Part shown: positions 26,550-46,254 of the stretch, in pieces
Position numbering within the stretch: the stretch's first letter is position 1
How the letters are laid out: every line of letters begins with the position of its first letter
Assembly (NCBI GenBank): GCA_002269645.1
Contig: NIVC01001403.1
Location: 186,001 to 250,000, forward strand
Direction: 5' to 3'
From: Macrostomum lignano
Lineage: Eukaryota
DNA length: 64,000 bases
The notes under the pieces: model-generated
What the model saw: the letters and a program-made list of their open reading frames with translations, nothing else
Told to the model about the DNA's origin: nothing
Database searches by the model: none
Program-made: the position numbers and the translations under genes

Positions 26550-29500
26550 TTTTGTAGACCGTGTCTACTACAGAAGTAAGGTTGAGGCTCCGAAAGAGCC
26601 AGTCGCTTCTATATATTTAACGAGCGCCGTACGCAAGCAACAAAGACCCTCGAGGGTCTCTCATACATGTACGCAAATCAAAAGGGGGAAAAGGAAAGGA
26701 AGGAAGGAACAACAAGCAAGCAATGGGTGACGCATCGCGATAATGAACATTCCTACCCCACTTCCCCCAACCCCCTCTCACACAACAACACACTACACTG
26801 TACGTTATCACACCCTTCCCACTAAGATTTTGATCACGGAAGGTGTCATCAAAAAAGCAAACAAGCGATCCTCAGTTGCAATCAGTCAATTGTAGGTCAG
26901 CCTCTCCGGCTTGAATCGCAGCCTGGCCGATCTCCGTGGCACCGCCCACTCCTCGGAAGCTGCTTCAGGACCAGCATCAGCAACGCCCGTCTCTGCTGCC
27001 GGGGTCTCAGGCAACTCTGCTGTTGCGAGAGGTCGATGGTTGCCTCCTCCGGGCAGCGGCAGGATGGCGGCAGACTCGCAGGCTGCGGAGACATCAAAGG
27101 GGGCCGCCATCACAATGGGCGCCGCAGGCTTGCGTACCTGATCGATGTGTCGGTGGGCGCCGCGACCGTCGTCAAAACGGCACTCAAGGGACGTCGTGCC
27201 AGCACTAGCCGTTACAGTAGCCGGCTTCCAACGGCCTCCATTGGCGAAGTCCCTCGCCAGCACGGCATCGCCGACCTCGACCCGACGATCGTGCGCATGG
27301 ATGTCGTACTGCTGTTTCTGCAGCGCTTGCTGCTGCTGTACTCGAGCTGGCAGATCCGGTCGAACGCGATCCAGGAGCGAGTGCAGCCTCCGACCCATCA
27401 GTAATTCACAGGGAGGAGTCCCCGTCGTTGCATGAGGTGTCACACGGTAGGTCAGCAGAAACCGCGCCACTCGCTCGTCCAAGGAGCCGCTTTTCTGCTT
27501 TGCCAGTGACCTCTTGACCGTCTGGACGGCCCTCTCCGCTTGACCATTGGACGCCGGGTGGTAGGGCGCTGTCCGCACATGCCTGATGCCGTTCTTCGCC
27601 AGGAACGCCTCCATCTCCTCGCTCACGAGGTTCGGTCCGTTGTCTGATACGATGATGTCCGGCAGCCCGTGCGTGGCGAAGCTTTGGCGCAGTCTCTGGA
27701 TGGTCGCGGCCGAGGAGGTCGCCGTCATCACATGGACATCCATCCACTTGGAGTGCGCGTCAACGATGACTAGCAGCATCTTGCCCTCCACCGGACCAGC
27801 GAAATCGATGTGAAGGCGCGACCAGGGCCTGTCCGGCCAAGCCCAAGGCTGCAGCGGTACAGGTGCAGGCGTCTTCTGCAGCTCCTGGCAGTCGGGGCAG
27901 GCGCTGACGAGCTGCTCAATTTCGGCATCTAGCCCAGGCCACCAGAAGAAACTGCGGGCTAGCGCCTTCATCCTCGAGGCGCCCTGGTGTCCCTGATGCA
28001 GACAGTGCAACAGCGCCTCCCGACCGGCCGATGGCACCACAACTCGACTGCCCCACATCAGACAGCCGTCTTCCACGCCCAGCTGATCCGCACGCGACCG
28101 GTACGGCTGCAGCTCCGGAGGCGGTCTCGCCGGCCACTGGCCGGACTCGACTGATCGCAGCACCTTGGACAGCACAGGGTCCGTCCTTGTCCATGCTCGA
28201 ATGTGCCGTGCTGTCACCCGGCCTTCGTCCAGCATGTCCATGATCAGCACGACATCCGCTGGCACCAGCGAATCCTTCGGCCTCTCTGGCAGCGGAAGAC
28301 GGCTGAGAGCATCCGCACGCAGCAGCGACCTGCCCGCCCTGTGCACCATGGAGTAGCTGTAGGCGGCCAGGGTGAGCGCCCACCGCTGGATTCTGCTGGA
28401 AGCCATGGCGGGAATCGGCTTCGACTCATGCAGCAGCCCCAACAGCGGCTTGTGATCGCTGATCAGTGTGAACTGCCGGCCGTATAGATACGTGTGAAAC
28501 TTCTTCACTCCGAACACCACCGCCAACGCCTCCTTTTCCAGCTGGGAGTACTTAGCCTCGGCTTCGTGCAGTGAGCGCGAGGCAAAGGCGATTGGTCTGT
28601 CAATACCGTCGATTCGATGACTGATGACCGCGCCTAAGCCGTATGGAGAAGCGTCGCACTCCAGCACTAGCGGCTGCCGCTCATCGAAATGTGCGAGCAC
28701 TGGCGCCCTGCTGAGCAGCTCCTTGCACTTACGGAAGGCAGCATCTTGTGCGGTGCCCCAGCGCCAGCCAGCGTCCCGGTTCAGTAGACGATGCAGTGGG
28801 GCCAGCTCGGTGGCCAGGTTCGGCAGGAATTTTCCGTAGTAGTTGACCAACCCCAGGAAGCTGCGGAGCTGAGTCTCGTCCTTGGGCGCTGGCGCATCCA
28901 TGATGGCCCGCACCTTCTCTGGCAGCGGGTGCAAGCCGGCGGCATCGATTCGGTGTCCCAGATAACTCACGCTCTCCTGCATAAAGCTGCACTTGTTCGG
29001 TCCGCACTTCAGACCATTCTGCTGCAGGCGCTGTAGAACCAGCTCTAGTGAACGCAGGTGGCTCTCATCGTCGCTCCCGGTGATGATGAGATCATCAATG
29101 AAGCAGGCGACATGCGGAATGGCCTGCAGCAGGCTATCCATATGCCGCTGAAAAATTCCGACTGCAGGTGCCACGCCAAACGGAAGCCGGGTGTAGCGCA
29201 GCAGCCCTTTGGACGTGTTTATGGTGCAGATCTGCTGAGAGGCCTCGTCCAGGGGCATTTGCGAATACGCCTGTGAGAGGTCGAGCTTCGTGAACTTCTG
29301 CCCTCCGGCCAGCTTAGCGAATAGCTCGTCAATCCGAGGCAGCGGATACTTTTCCGGTTCCACGTCGAGATTCACCGTCTGCTTGAAGTCGGCACAGATG
29401 CGAACGGATCCATTGGCCTTCAGCACCGGAACAATAGGCGATGCATAGTCAGAGCTACTCACGGGCTTGAGCACACCTTGCTCAATCTCCTTGTCCAGCT

Positions 29501-31073
29501 GTGCCTCAACCTTGGCCTTCAGCGCGAAAGGCACGCTGCGGGCCTTTAAAAAGCGAGGCCGGGCCCCGTCCTTCAGTCGCAACTGCACCGGCCGCCCTGT
29601 ATACTGGCCGAGTCCGGACTCGAACACACCGGAATACTGCTTCAGCAGGTCGCGGATCTTAGGATGCTCACCGCTCTGATGCAACTGCATCTGCTTGATC
29701 TCGCTCCAGTCCAGGGGCAGATCGGCCAGCCAGTCTCGGCCAATTAGATCTGAACCGGAGCCATCTACCACGAGCAGTGGCAGGACCTTGGCAGCCTCCT
29801 CGGCGCGCACGCGAACGCGGATCCTGCCCAGCACGGGGACCGGCTCGCCCGAGTACGTTCGTAGCATCGTGCCAGCAGGCTCGAGCTTGGGCCGCTCCAG
29901 CAGCAGTGAGCGATAGGTCCTGGCAGATATTAGCGAAACTGACGCACCTGTGTCAATCTCCATACGGACGGGTATATCGTCAATTGTAACCGTCGTCTCA
30001 ATAGGAGGGACCTTGCCCTTCCGCTCGGCCATCACGTGTAGGGAGTGCGTCTCTTCCATCTCCGACTCGACTTCGCGCACCGCCGCCTGGCTCTCGCGTC
30101 GACCACTGGCTGCCTGGGACTTGCATGCAGCTGCCGTGTGCCCCAGCTTGGAGCAGTTGAAGCATTTCTTGCTCAAGAAGGGACACTTGGCGGCCAGATG
30201 CCGCTGTGAGAGACATCGGAAACAGCGTCTGGCAGTTGCCGACTGTTGAACGACATGAACAGACTCTGGCTCGGTGCCCTTCATCACAAACTGAGTGCCC
30301 TCGGCGGCCGTGGCGAGGGCCTGCGCTGTTGATAGTGCCTTTGCTAGCGTCAGTTCCTTCTCAGCAAGGAGTTTCCGCTGGATTCCGTCATCGTTGATGC
30401 CCAGCACGAGCCTGTCCCTCAGCATTTCGTTCAGGTTGGTGAAATTGCAACCGTTTGCCAACTTGCGGAGGTCGGCCAAGAAGACGGCAATGGATTCACC
30501 AGGCTGACGGTGTCGAGTATAAAAGCGATGGCGCAAAACGATTTCTGGCGGCGTTGGGTCGAAGTGCTCCTTTAGTACTTTGCAGATGTCGGCATAAGAC
30601 GTTCCAGCTGGCTTATTCGGCAACAGAAGGCTGCAGATCAACTGATACGTTTGCTTGCCACACGTGCTTAGCAACACTGCTCTCTTTTTCTCATCTGCAA
30701 TGTCGTTGGCAACAAAAAACTGCTCAATGCGCTCTTGATATTGCACCCAAGTTTCTGTCCCTTCTTCGAAGGGTCCGACGGAGCCAATTTGGTTCATACC
30801 TCGTCGCCACTTTTGTAGACCGTGTCTACTACAGAAGTAAGGTTGAGGCTCCGAAAGAGCCAGTCGCTTCTATATATTTAACGAGCGCCGTACGCAAGCA
30901 ACAAAGACCCTCGAGGGTCTCTCATACATGTACGCAAATCAAAAGGGGGAAAAGGAAAGGAAGGAAGGAACAACAAGCAAGCAATGGGTGACGCATCGCG
31001 ATAATGAACATTCCTACCCCACTTCCCCCAACCCCCTCTCACACAACAACACACTACACTGTACGTTATCACA
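26550..31073 (-). mobile_element. Intact Gypsy (Mag-like, single ORF) LTR retrotransposon B
   Basis: 260-bp LTRs 26553-26812 and 30814-31073, identical by eye; TSD TCAGG at 26545-26549 and 31074-31078; PBS TGGCGACGAG; PPT AGTGGGAAGGG. Confidence 0.97.
26886..30797 (-). CDS. Gag-Pol polyprotein of Gypsy B (1303 aa)
   Basis: Uninterrupted ORF: two CCHC knuckles, protease DTG, RT FIDD, RNase H (CDAS, DALSR), integrase HHCC and D,D35E (IDF, SDNG, ER). Confidence 0.97.
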   Translation of the reverse strand: MNQIGSVGPFEEGTETWVQYQERIEQFFVANDIADEKKRAVLLSTCGKQTYQLICSLLLPNKPAGTSYADICKVLKEHFDPTPPEIVLRHRFYTRHRQPGESIAVFLADLRKLANGCNFTNLNEMLRDRLVLGINDDGIQRKLLAEKELTLAKALSTAQALATAAEGTQFVMKGTEPESVHVVQQSATARRCFRCLSQRHLAAKCPFLSKKCFNCSKLGHTAAACKSQAASGRRESQAAVREVESEMEETHSLHVMAERKGKVPPIETTVTIDDIPVRMEIDTGASVSLISARTYRSLLLERPKLEPAGTMLRTYSGEPVPVLGRIRVRVRAEEAAKVLPLLVVDGSGSDLIGRDWLADLPLDWSEIKQMQLHQSGEHPKIRDLLKQYSGVFESGLGQYTGRPVQLRLKDGARPRFLKARSVPFALKAKVEAQLDKEIEQGVLKPVSSSDYASPIVPVLKANGSVRICADFKQTVNLDVEPEKYPLPRIDELFAKLAGGQKFTKLDLSQAYSQMPLDEASQQICTINTSKGLLRYTRLPFGVAPAVGIFQRHMDSLLQAIPHVACFIDDLIITGSDDESHLRSLELVLQRLQQNGLKCGPNKCSFMQESVSYLGHRIDAAGLHPLPEKVRAIMDAPAPKDETQLRSFLGLVNYYGKFLPNLATELAPLHRLLNRDAGWRWGTAQDAAFRKCKELLSRAPVLAHFDERQPLVLECDASPYGLGAVISHRIDGIDRPIAFASRSLHEAEAKYSQLEKEALAVVFGVKKFHTYLYGRQFTLISDHKPLLGLLHESKPIPAMASSRIQRWALTLAAYSYSMVHRAGRSLLRADALSRLPLPERPKDSLVPADVVLIMDMLDEGRVTARHIRAWTRTDPVLSKVLRSVESGQWPARPPPELQPYRSRADQLGVEDGCLMWGSRVVVPSAGREALLHCLHQGHQGASRMKALARSFFWWPGLDAEIEQLVSACPDCQELQKTPAPVPLQPWAWPDRPWSRLHIDFAGPVEGKMLLVIVDAHSKWMDVHVMTATSSAATIQRLRQSFATHGLPDIIVSDNGPNLVSEEMEAFLAKNGIRHVRTAPYHPASNGQAERAVQTVKRSLAKQKSGSLDERVARFLLTYRVTPHATTGTPPCELLMGRRLHSLLDRVRPDLPARVQQQQALQKQQYDIHAHDRRVEVGDAVLARDFANGGRWKPATVTASAGTTSLECRFDDGRGAHRHIDQVRKPAAPIVMAAPFDVSAACESAAILPLPGGGNHRPLATAELPETPAAETGVADAGPEAASEEWAVPRRSARLRFKPERLTYN

Positions 31074-34000
31074 TCAGGAATCCAAGAAATGCTCTTGCTG
31101 TAAACTGTGGTCCATTGTCAGACCATAACACTTCTGGGGCTCGTTTCTCACAGAATCGCTTCCTCAAGGCGTTGATGAGCTTGTGCGTCGTCGCGCTTGC
31201 CCCGAAGTGGTCCAGAGTCGGCCAGCCAGACTTTCCATCCATGGTGACCAGGAATGTCTTCCCAGCGAACTTAAACAAGTCGACGTGGAGCTTCTGAAAC
31301 ACCCTATCCGGTTCCTGTCGAACTGACAGAGGTTCCTTCGACTGGCTTGGTAAATTATCCTTACATGTTTTGCATCTTCGCGACGTCATTTCAATGTCGT
31401 TGTCAATACCTGGCCAGTAGAATGCCGTTCTGGCTCGCTGCTTCATCTTCACAATCCCTTGATGCATCTTGAGCATCTTGGTCAGCACCTCAGCTCGCAA
31501 TTCTTTGGGGATTAGCAGTCGAGCTCCAACGACAATCATGTCGCGCTCCACGGCCAGCTTGTCACGGACACTCCAGAACGGGCGCACGGAGTTCGGCAGG
31601 TTTCCTTTCGCATTCGGAAAGCCTTGTTGAACTATTCTCTTCAGCGTCTGGTACTCCTCGTCGGTGCTCGCCCTTCGGATCAGTTCCGCCTCTGGTGTGC
31701 GAATCTCGTCGATCGCCATGACAATGCTGATCTCGTGTTCTTCTGCTATTTCGTCGTCCCTGGTTGCAGGCTCCACAGGCGCTCTTGACAGAGCATCTGC
31801 CTCTTTGTGGTCACTGCCTTTAACCCACCGGGCCGTGTACTGGAAGCAGTCAAGCTTCTGGCGTAGCCTCTGTAATCTCGGATTCTCGATCTGGTGAGTG
31901 TATAATTATTTAGGATTGGCTCCAGCGGCTTGTGATCGATAACGATGTCGAACTGGTGCAGCCCTTCCAAAAACAGGCGGCATCTCTTTGCGGCCCAGAC
32001 GACTGCGAGTAGCTCCAACTCGATCATTGCGTATCGCTTTTCCGTCTCCGAAATAAATCTTGAGCCCGCTTGGACCACCTTCCAGGAATCGTCGTCCTGT
32101 TTCTGCTTCAGCACGAACCCTAGACCATTCAAACGGGATGCGTCTGTGTGAAGCGCGGTTTTTCTCTTCTGGTCGTAGTACGCCATCGTTGGAATATTGC
32201 TCAGTTCCTGTCGCATCACGTCAAACGCCTTATCGTGTTGGCTGTCCCACAGGAAGTCATTCTTTGACTTAAGCAAATTTCGCAGTGGCTCACCTAGGGA
32301 GGCTATCTTGTCACTGCAGAATCCAACTTGGTTCACCAGACCAAAGAATGCTCTCAAGTCTGTCAGGTTCTCTGGCTTGGGGAACTCTCGAATCGCCCTT
32401 ACTATTCCTGGGTCCACCGAGTATCCGTCTTCATCCAATCGGAACCCAGCAAACGTCACGCTTGGTTGAGCGAACACGAACTTCTCCGGATTCAGACTGA
32501 CTCCTCGATCTCTGCATCGCGTGAGGAACTCGCGAACGGCCAAAAGATGTTCGTCGAATTCTTTGTGTGCCAGAAGTACATGTACGTCGTCTACGATGTG
32601 ATATGTGTTTTTCAGATTCTCCAACACTTCGTCCACACGCCTGTTGTAATGTTCGGATATGGAGGACAATCCAAACGGCGCTCGCAAGTATTTGTAGCGT
32701 CCAAATAACGTGATGAAGGTTGTCAGCAGCTGAGACTCCTGATCTATTGGTATCTGATGGTATCCTTTTATTGCGTCCACCGTTGTGAAAAACTTGGCGC
32801 CTGTTTGGATATTTGATACCACCTCAAACGGGGTCTGGCTGACGTATCGCTCTCGGATGACATACTTATTCAAATTTCGTAGATCTACACACAGTCTGAT
32901 CTTCGTCCTATACTTCTTCGGCTGAACTGTGATGGGTGCACACCATTCTGTGGGCTCGGTTACCCGTGCTATTATTCCTTCTCGCTCCAGCTCTTCGAGC
33001 TCATTCTTTAGCAGAGGCTTAAGTGGCTCTGCTATTCTTCTTGGAGCGGAAATTGCGAATGGCTTTGCATCCGTTGAGATCTTGATTTTGAACACTTCCC
33101 CGGCCATTTTGCTTATTTTTCCAGAGAATACGTCGGAAAATTCCTCCATCACTTGTTGCGCGGAGTTAACACCGGCGGGTTTGCTGATGTTCGCCACTAT
33201 TTGGTGTGGAAAACTCTCAGGTTTTAGGCGCAGTTCCCAGCAAATTTCTCTGGATAGAATCGCGGTGGAGATTCCGCTGATGACTTGGAATTTTCGCGTT
33301 ACTTGTGTTTCGCCCATAGACACTTGAAGCATGATCGATCCCTTGGACTTTAACAATCGTCCATCCACTGCTCTTGGTCGAATGTCGGACTTGCACAGAC
33401 TTCTTTCTTCGATGCCGATTGTTCGCAACATTTTTACTGGGATCGCGTTGATAAACGCACCCGTGTCTGTCAGTGCGGGAATGACCCTCACTCCATCGTC
33501 AGTTTTGACGCTCAAACGCACACAGCTTGATGCGATTTCGCTATTCTCCGTCTTAGTTGCAGCAAAAATCGAATTCATATTATCGCTTGTCTTGTGTGGC
33601 TTTCCATTCCTGCATTGCTTAGCAAAATGGTTAGCCTTACCGCACTTGGTGCACGATTTCCCCCAGGCTGGACATTTCTCCTTTCCGCGTTCGTGCTCAC
33701 GTCCGCAGAATTTGCAGATTGGGTGCTTCGCCACTATCTGACTTCGTTGAGCGGGTCCACCTGCCTGGCGGACATCTGCGGCGGCAGTTTGCTTGGCCTT
33801 CTTGTAGCTCGAAACTCTTCGAACTGCAGAGATTGTCGACGTCTCGCCCTTCATCGCGGTACAATTCTTCTTGGAGCTTTCCATTGACTCACAAATCGTC
33901 TTGGCTCTTTCTAGTGTCAGCTCGCTGCCTTCTTCCAGCAACTTCTCCACTGTGCTGTGATCTCGAAGCCCCATGACGATTTTGTCTCTGATCTGGCACT

Positions 34001-37000
34001 CCGCACATTTACCACAGCAGCGCTCGAAGTTGCATCGCGATGCCATTTCCTTTATTGCCACGTACCAGTCGCTGAACGATTCGCCCTCCATCTGATTCCG
34101 TAACCAAAACTCGCGGCGCTCGAATATTTCATTTCGCTGGCCCGTGATGAACAGCTCCAGGGCCTTGATGATCTCTCCGGTGTCGTTCTTGTTCTCCTCG
34201 GTCAGATGCGGCAAGCTGTCCACGACGCGCAGTGTCTCCATGCTCAGGCATTGGCGTAGCGCGAAAAGACGGTACTTCTTTTTCTCGTCCTCGTTGTCCT
34301 GACTGTTGAGTCCTGAGAGCTCCTCGAAGGCCTCCCACAGTAGCTTCCACTGTGGGTATAGCTCCTTCTGTGACTCGATGTCGAAGTGCGGCGCACTTCG
34401 GACGTCGATCTTGGGTGCCATCTTGCACTTTTGGGCTTTTCACTTGGCTGCTTGCGATGCCATGTTGTGTACGAAGCCGAGTGGCTCAATATCGCGCAAA
34501 CATAAACTTTGCCCAGAGGGCTGTGCCGCGCTTTAGCCCACGCGTATATTTCTACCATAGATATAAGGTTATAAGGGTACTGAGCCCAATACCCAACAGC
34601 CCTGTAGGACGCCGGAAGTTGTGCTGAATTCTTCAGTCGGGCCGTCGCTCGACTGAACAAACGCTCTTGAATCGCTGTACAAGTCCATCACAGCAGCTAC
34701 AAGTTCGGAAGGAACGCCATAGTAGGAAAGAATCCATGGGAGTGCAGGTCTGTCAACTGAGTCGAACGCTTTGCGGAAGTCGACAAAATCAATTGAGATG
34801 GAACGCTGGTGCGTCTTACAGGCTTCGATGATGCAGCGGATGGTTGCAACCTGCTCAGTTGTAGACCTGCCTGCTGGTCTGAAACCTCACTTTGCCAGCT
34901 GAGAAGCAGCGGATTCCGCCCAGGCAGAAGGCGGTTGCACAGCACTGCATTGATCAGTAGCTTGGCCACATTCTAGTGCTATGCCACGCTGATTGTCCAG
35001 GCTGGTGGAGAGGTGCCCTTCTTCGGAAAGGAAACTATCTTAGAAATGCGCCACTGAGCAGGCCTGCTCGCATGGTCTTTAGAGCTCGGCTGACCTCGTC
35101 CACCGTAATAGGACCAGTGTTGAAGGCACTGGTGTCTGCTATGGTCTAAAGTTCGGTATTGGGAGCAGCGGTAGTGATGAGGCAGGGCTAGGGGCATTGA
35201 GCACATTGCGGTAGATGGTTAGCCAACAGGGCCTTTCGGTGCTCAATGGAGTCTGCTCCAACAACTGTGCTGGGCCTTGATGGCTTTCTTCCCGTAAGTC
35301 GATTGATAGCACACCAGGTACATGTAGCACTATCAAGACAGTTGTCGGTCGCAAGCTGAATTTCTTTCACTGCCTCCTCAATAAAAAGTTCAACTTGCCG
35401 CGCATAGGTTCTTTGCAGCGAGTCCCGTGCAGCGTTGGCTTCATCGCTTTCATTGCCGAAAAGAGCAGCATTGCGCTGCATGAGTCGTCTGGCACAGTCG
35501 ATCTCTGCAGTGTCGCTATCCCAGAGCGCCTTACTAGGCTGTGGTTAATTTTTCGCTTGGGTAGTAGTCGAAAAGCAGTCTCGACGGCTTACATTTAATA
35601 CCTTTAACGGCTTACATTTAATACCAAAATTCAAACCTCGACCTACATTTAAACGATAGCCTTTGCATTATTGTCCTCCCTGGCCCACCTTTGGGCTTTA
35701 GAACGAACAAAAGCTAAGCTGCCATGCACCTTTGAATAGAACCTTTGAACCGATCCAACGAATTTTAATACTCGATCTCAATGCATTGAGTTCGAGTCAA
35801 ATAAAATAATTACAAACTATAATGGATAGCTTTTGGCGTGAATTTTTATTCTAATAACATTTTGGGCTGCACACGTACATGCGTAATATGAAGTATACAT
35901 GCAATAAATGTACATTGATCTTCAAAATATATTTTCATTGGTTTGATTCATGAGCTACATGTAGTACTCGTACGTTGGTCTTTGGATATAAGCATAACAC
36001 ATGAAAATATATTCAACCGAGATTATATTATATATTACAATCTTGATAAAAAAACTATAAAATCTAACATCACAGCCATTTATCCCATCGAATTTACTTA
36101 ACTTTGTATATTTTGCAATTTGGATAATTAGTAAAACGTTAGGCAAGGCAAAAAATTGCCTCGCTTCAAAGATATTTTTTCTAAGCATGACACTTTAATG
36201 TTCGTCATACAATATCCAATGCGTCAGTGAATACTGTGTAATTAACTCCATTGAAGTTTTTAAAAAGTAAACCTCTAACCGTAAGATTTCGTAAATAAAG
36301 ACGCTGTAAAACAAAACCTTTTTACTCGTGTTTTACTTTTATTGACAGATCAGTACCGTTTTTAGAAAGGTCAAAGAATTATTTGAAACAATAAGTTAAT
36401 TTAATAAAAAGAAAATTTAAAGCAAATAGTTTTGCTTTACTGAAAAGTTACAATTCGGAAGTTTTCACTACATTTTATAACAATCAAAACAGAGCTTTCT
36501 GCAAAAGCAAAAAGCATTGACCTGTTGTTAGTTTTGCTTGTTTTTTGCTCTACTAATAGACTCAGAAATCTTCCATCTTGAATTTGTATAGGTAATTGAT
36601 ACAAAACCAAAATTTTATTCAAATTTTGGTTTTGTATCCTAGGTAAATAAATTAATATAAATTTCCTAGGTAAACTTTCAAACATCGCTACTTTTTTATT
36701 TTAAATTTTGGTGAAATCGATCCATGACCTCTCTGTTGTGTAAAAAAAATCAAAGTTTGTCTTTATACTGTGATGTACCATAATCGAGTTGTTTAGGAGA
36801 AATCTGCGACCACTTTTAGCTAATGATGATGCTTTTTATAGACAACTTGAGCGAGATCTGAATATTAAGACTAATAACTATTAAATATAATGCTTTATTT
36901 AATTTTATTGAGTTAAAAAATTCAGATATTTTTTACTAGTGTTTTATTTACGTTGACTTATATACTAGTGATTATGCTGGTTTGCTATGTAGATTTCTGT

Positions 37001-37163
37001 AAAAGACGTAGTATAAACAGAATTGTATCTAAGTATTGAAACTTTTTAACAATAAACAAAGACGTTTTGGACTTTTGCTGAAAAAAAATTTCTTTAAGAG
37101 ACCTTTATCAAGCAAACTTAACCTACTGCTGAATCGAGAGATTGTTGATACAAATCTTCGAGA

Positions 37164-45361
<8,198 letters not shown>

Positions 45362-46254
45362 CCGACTTTGACCCGCTTTGACCCACCTGACTAGCCGGAA
45401 AACTCCCCCTTTGACATTGTTGCTGTTGTATCCTCCGACCTATTTGTACTTTGGCTTCATGGATGCCTGCTCTGAATTTTATGCACTAAAGCATATGCGA
45501 TCGAATGGAGCAGATGACTCACTGACATATTGACCCACCTACCCATTAATTAACTCATTGACCTGCTGACCTATGGACCCGCCGACCAATCATTCCAATG
45601 ACCCATTGACTCTCCTGTCAGTTAACTCATTGACCCATTGACCCACCGAACAATCGTTTCAATGACCTAGGACTCATTGACCCACCTACCAATTAGCCCA
45701 ATGACCCATTGACCCATTTACCCACCTGCTAATAAACTCAATGACCCACTGACAATCCTACCAATTAACTCAATGACCCATGGAGATTCACAGACGATTT
45801 GACCTACACTAAAGCTACCTTAACTTTTCAACTCAGTTTAATGTCTTGGATTGCACACTTATATAGAATCTTTTTGAAATTCGAATTTTGTTTAGCCAAA
45901 TTTTATCTAACCTATCTCCATTAACTACGAGTACTTATTATTTCATTCATTAACTATCAGCTAATGGTTACATGTAGGGTGTAATATCCGTCCTCACTTA
46001 GTATTATCTATATGTGTATTAACATTTTCAAGAGGGCTGGACCTTTGTTGTAGAAATTTCTAGCCACACCACAACGGCACAAATCATGCTGATGAAATAA
46101 ACTTTCAATTCTTTATCAAGGTCAATTACCAAATTGTACTGACTTAGCAACTTGTACAATCTGTACAATTACGTGTTGCATTGCTACGATACGGTGAGCG
46201 GGTGCGCTGTTGTTTTTTATGAAAACAAATCGCTTTGCGAAATTATAAACTGGC

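Larger units (their letters stand above)
25438..34598 (-). mobile_element. Gypsy LTR retrotransposon A (disrupted)
   Basis: Short TG..CA LTRs 34463-34598 and 25438-25546; TSD GCCCT; PBS TGGCATCGC; PPT AAAAGGGGAGA. Gag(CCHC)-PR(DTG)-RT(IVDD)-RH-INT starts at 34421, has a 1-bp deletion near 31895, and its integrase is split by B and C and ends at 25594. Confidence 0.95.
25330..35600 (-). mobile_element. Degenerate, 5'-truncated RTE-like LINE RT fragment split by Gypsy A (pieces ~34599-35600 and ~25330-25437)
   Basis: FVDFRKAFDSVDR..LPWILSYYGVP...VMDLY...EEFSTTSGVLQG resumes across the insertion as DTL.PY(fs)FIVVVDYVLRRCL. Frameshifts are present and the outer boundaries are approximate. Confidence 0.85.

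Noticed and set aside
35584-35625. 19-bp direct duplication at the LINE edge
   Set aside because: No matching copy at the other LINE end, so it is not a TSD.
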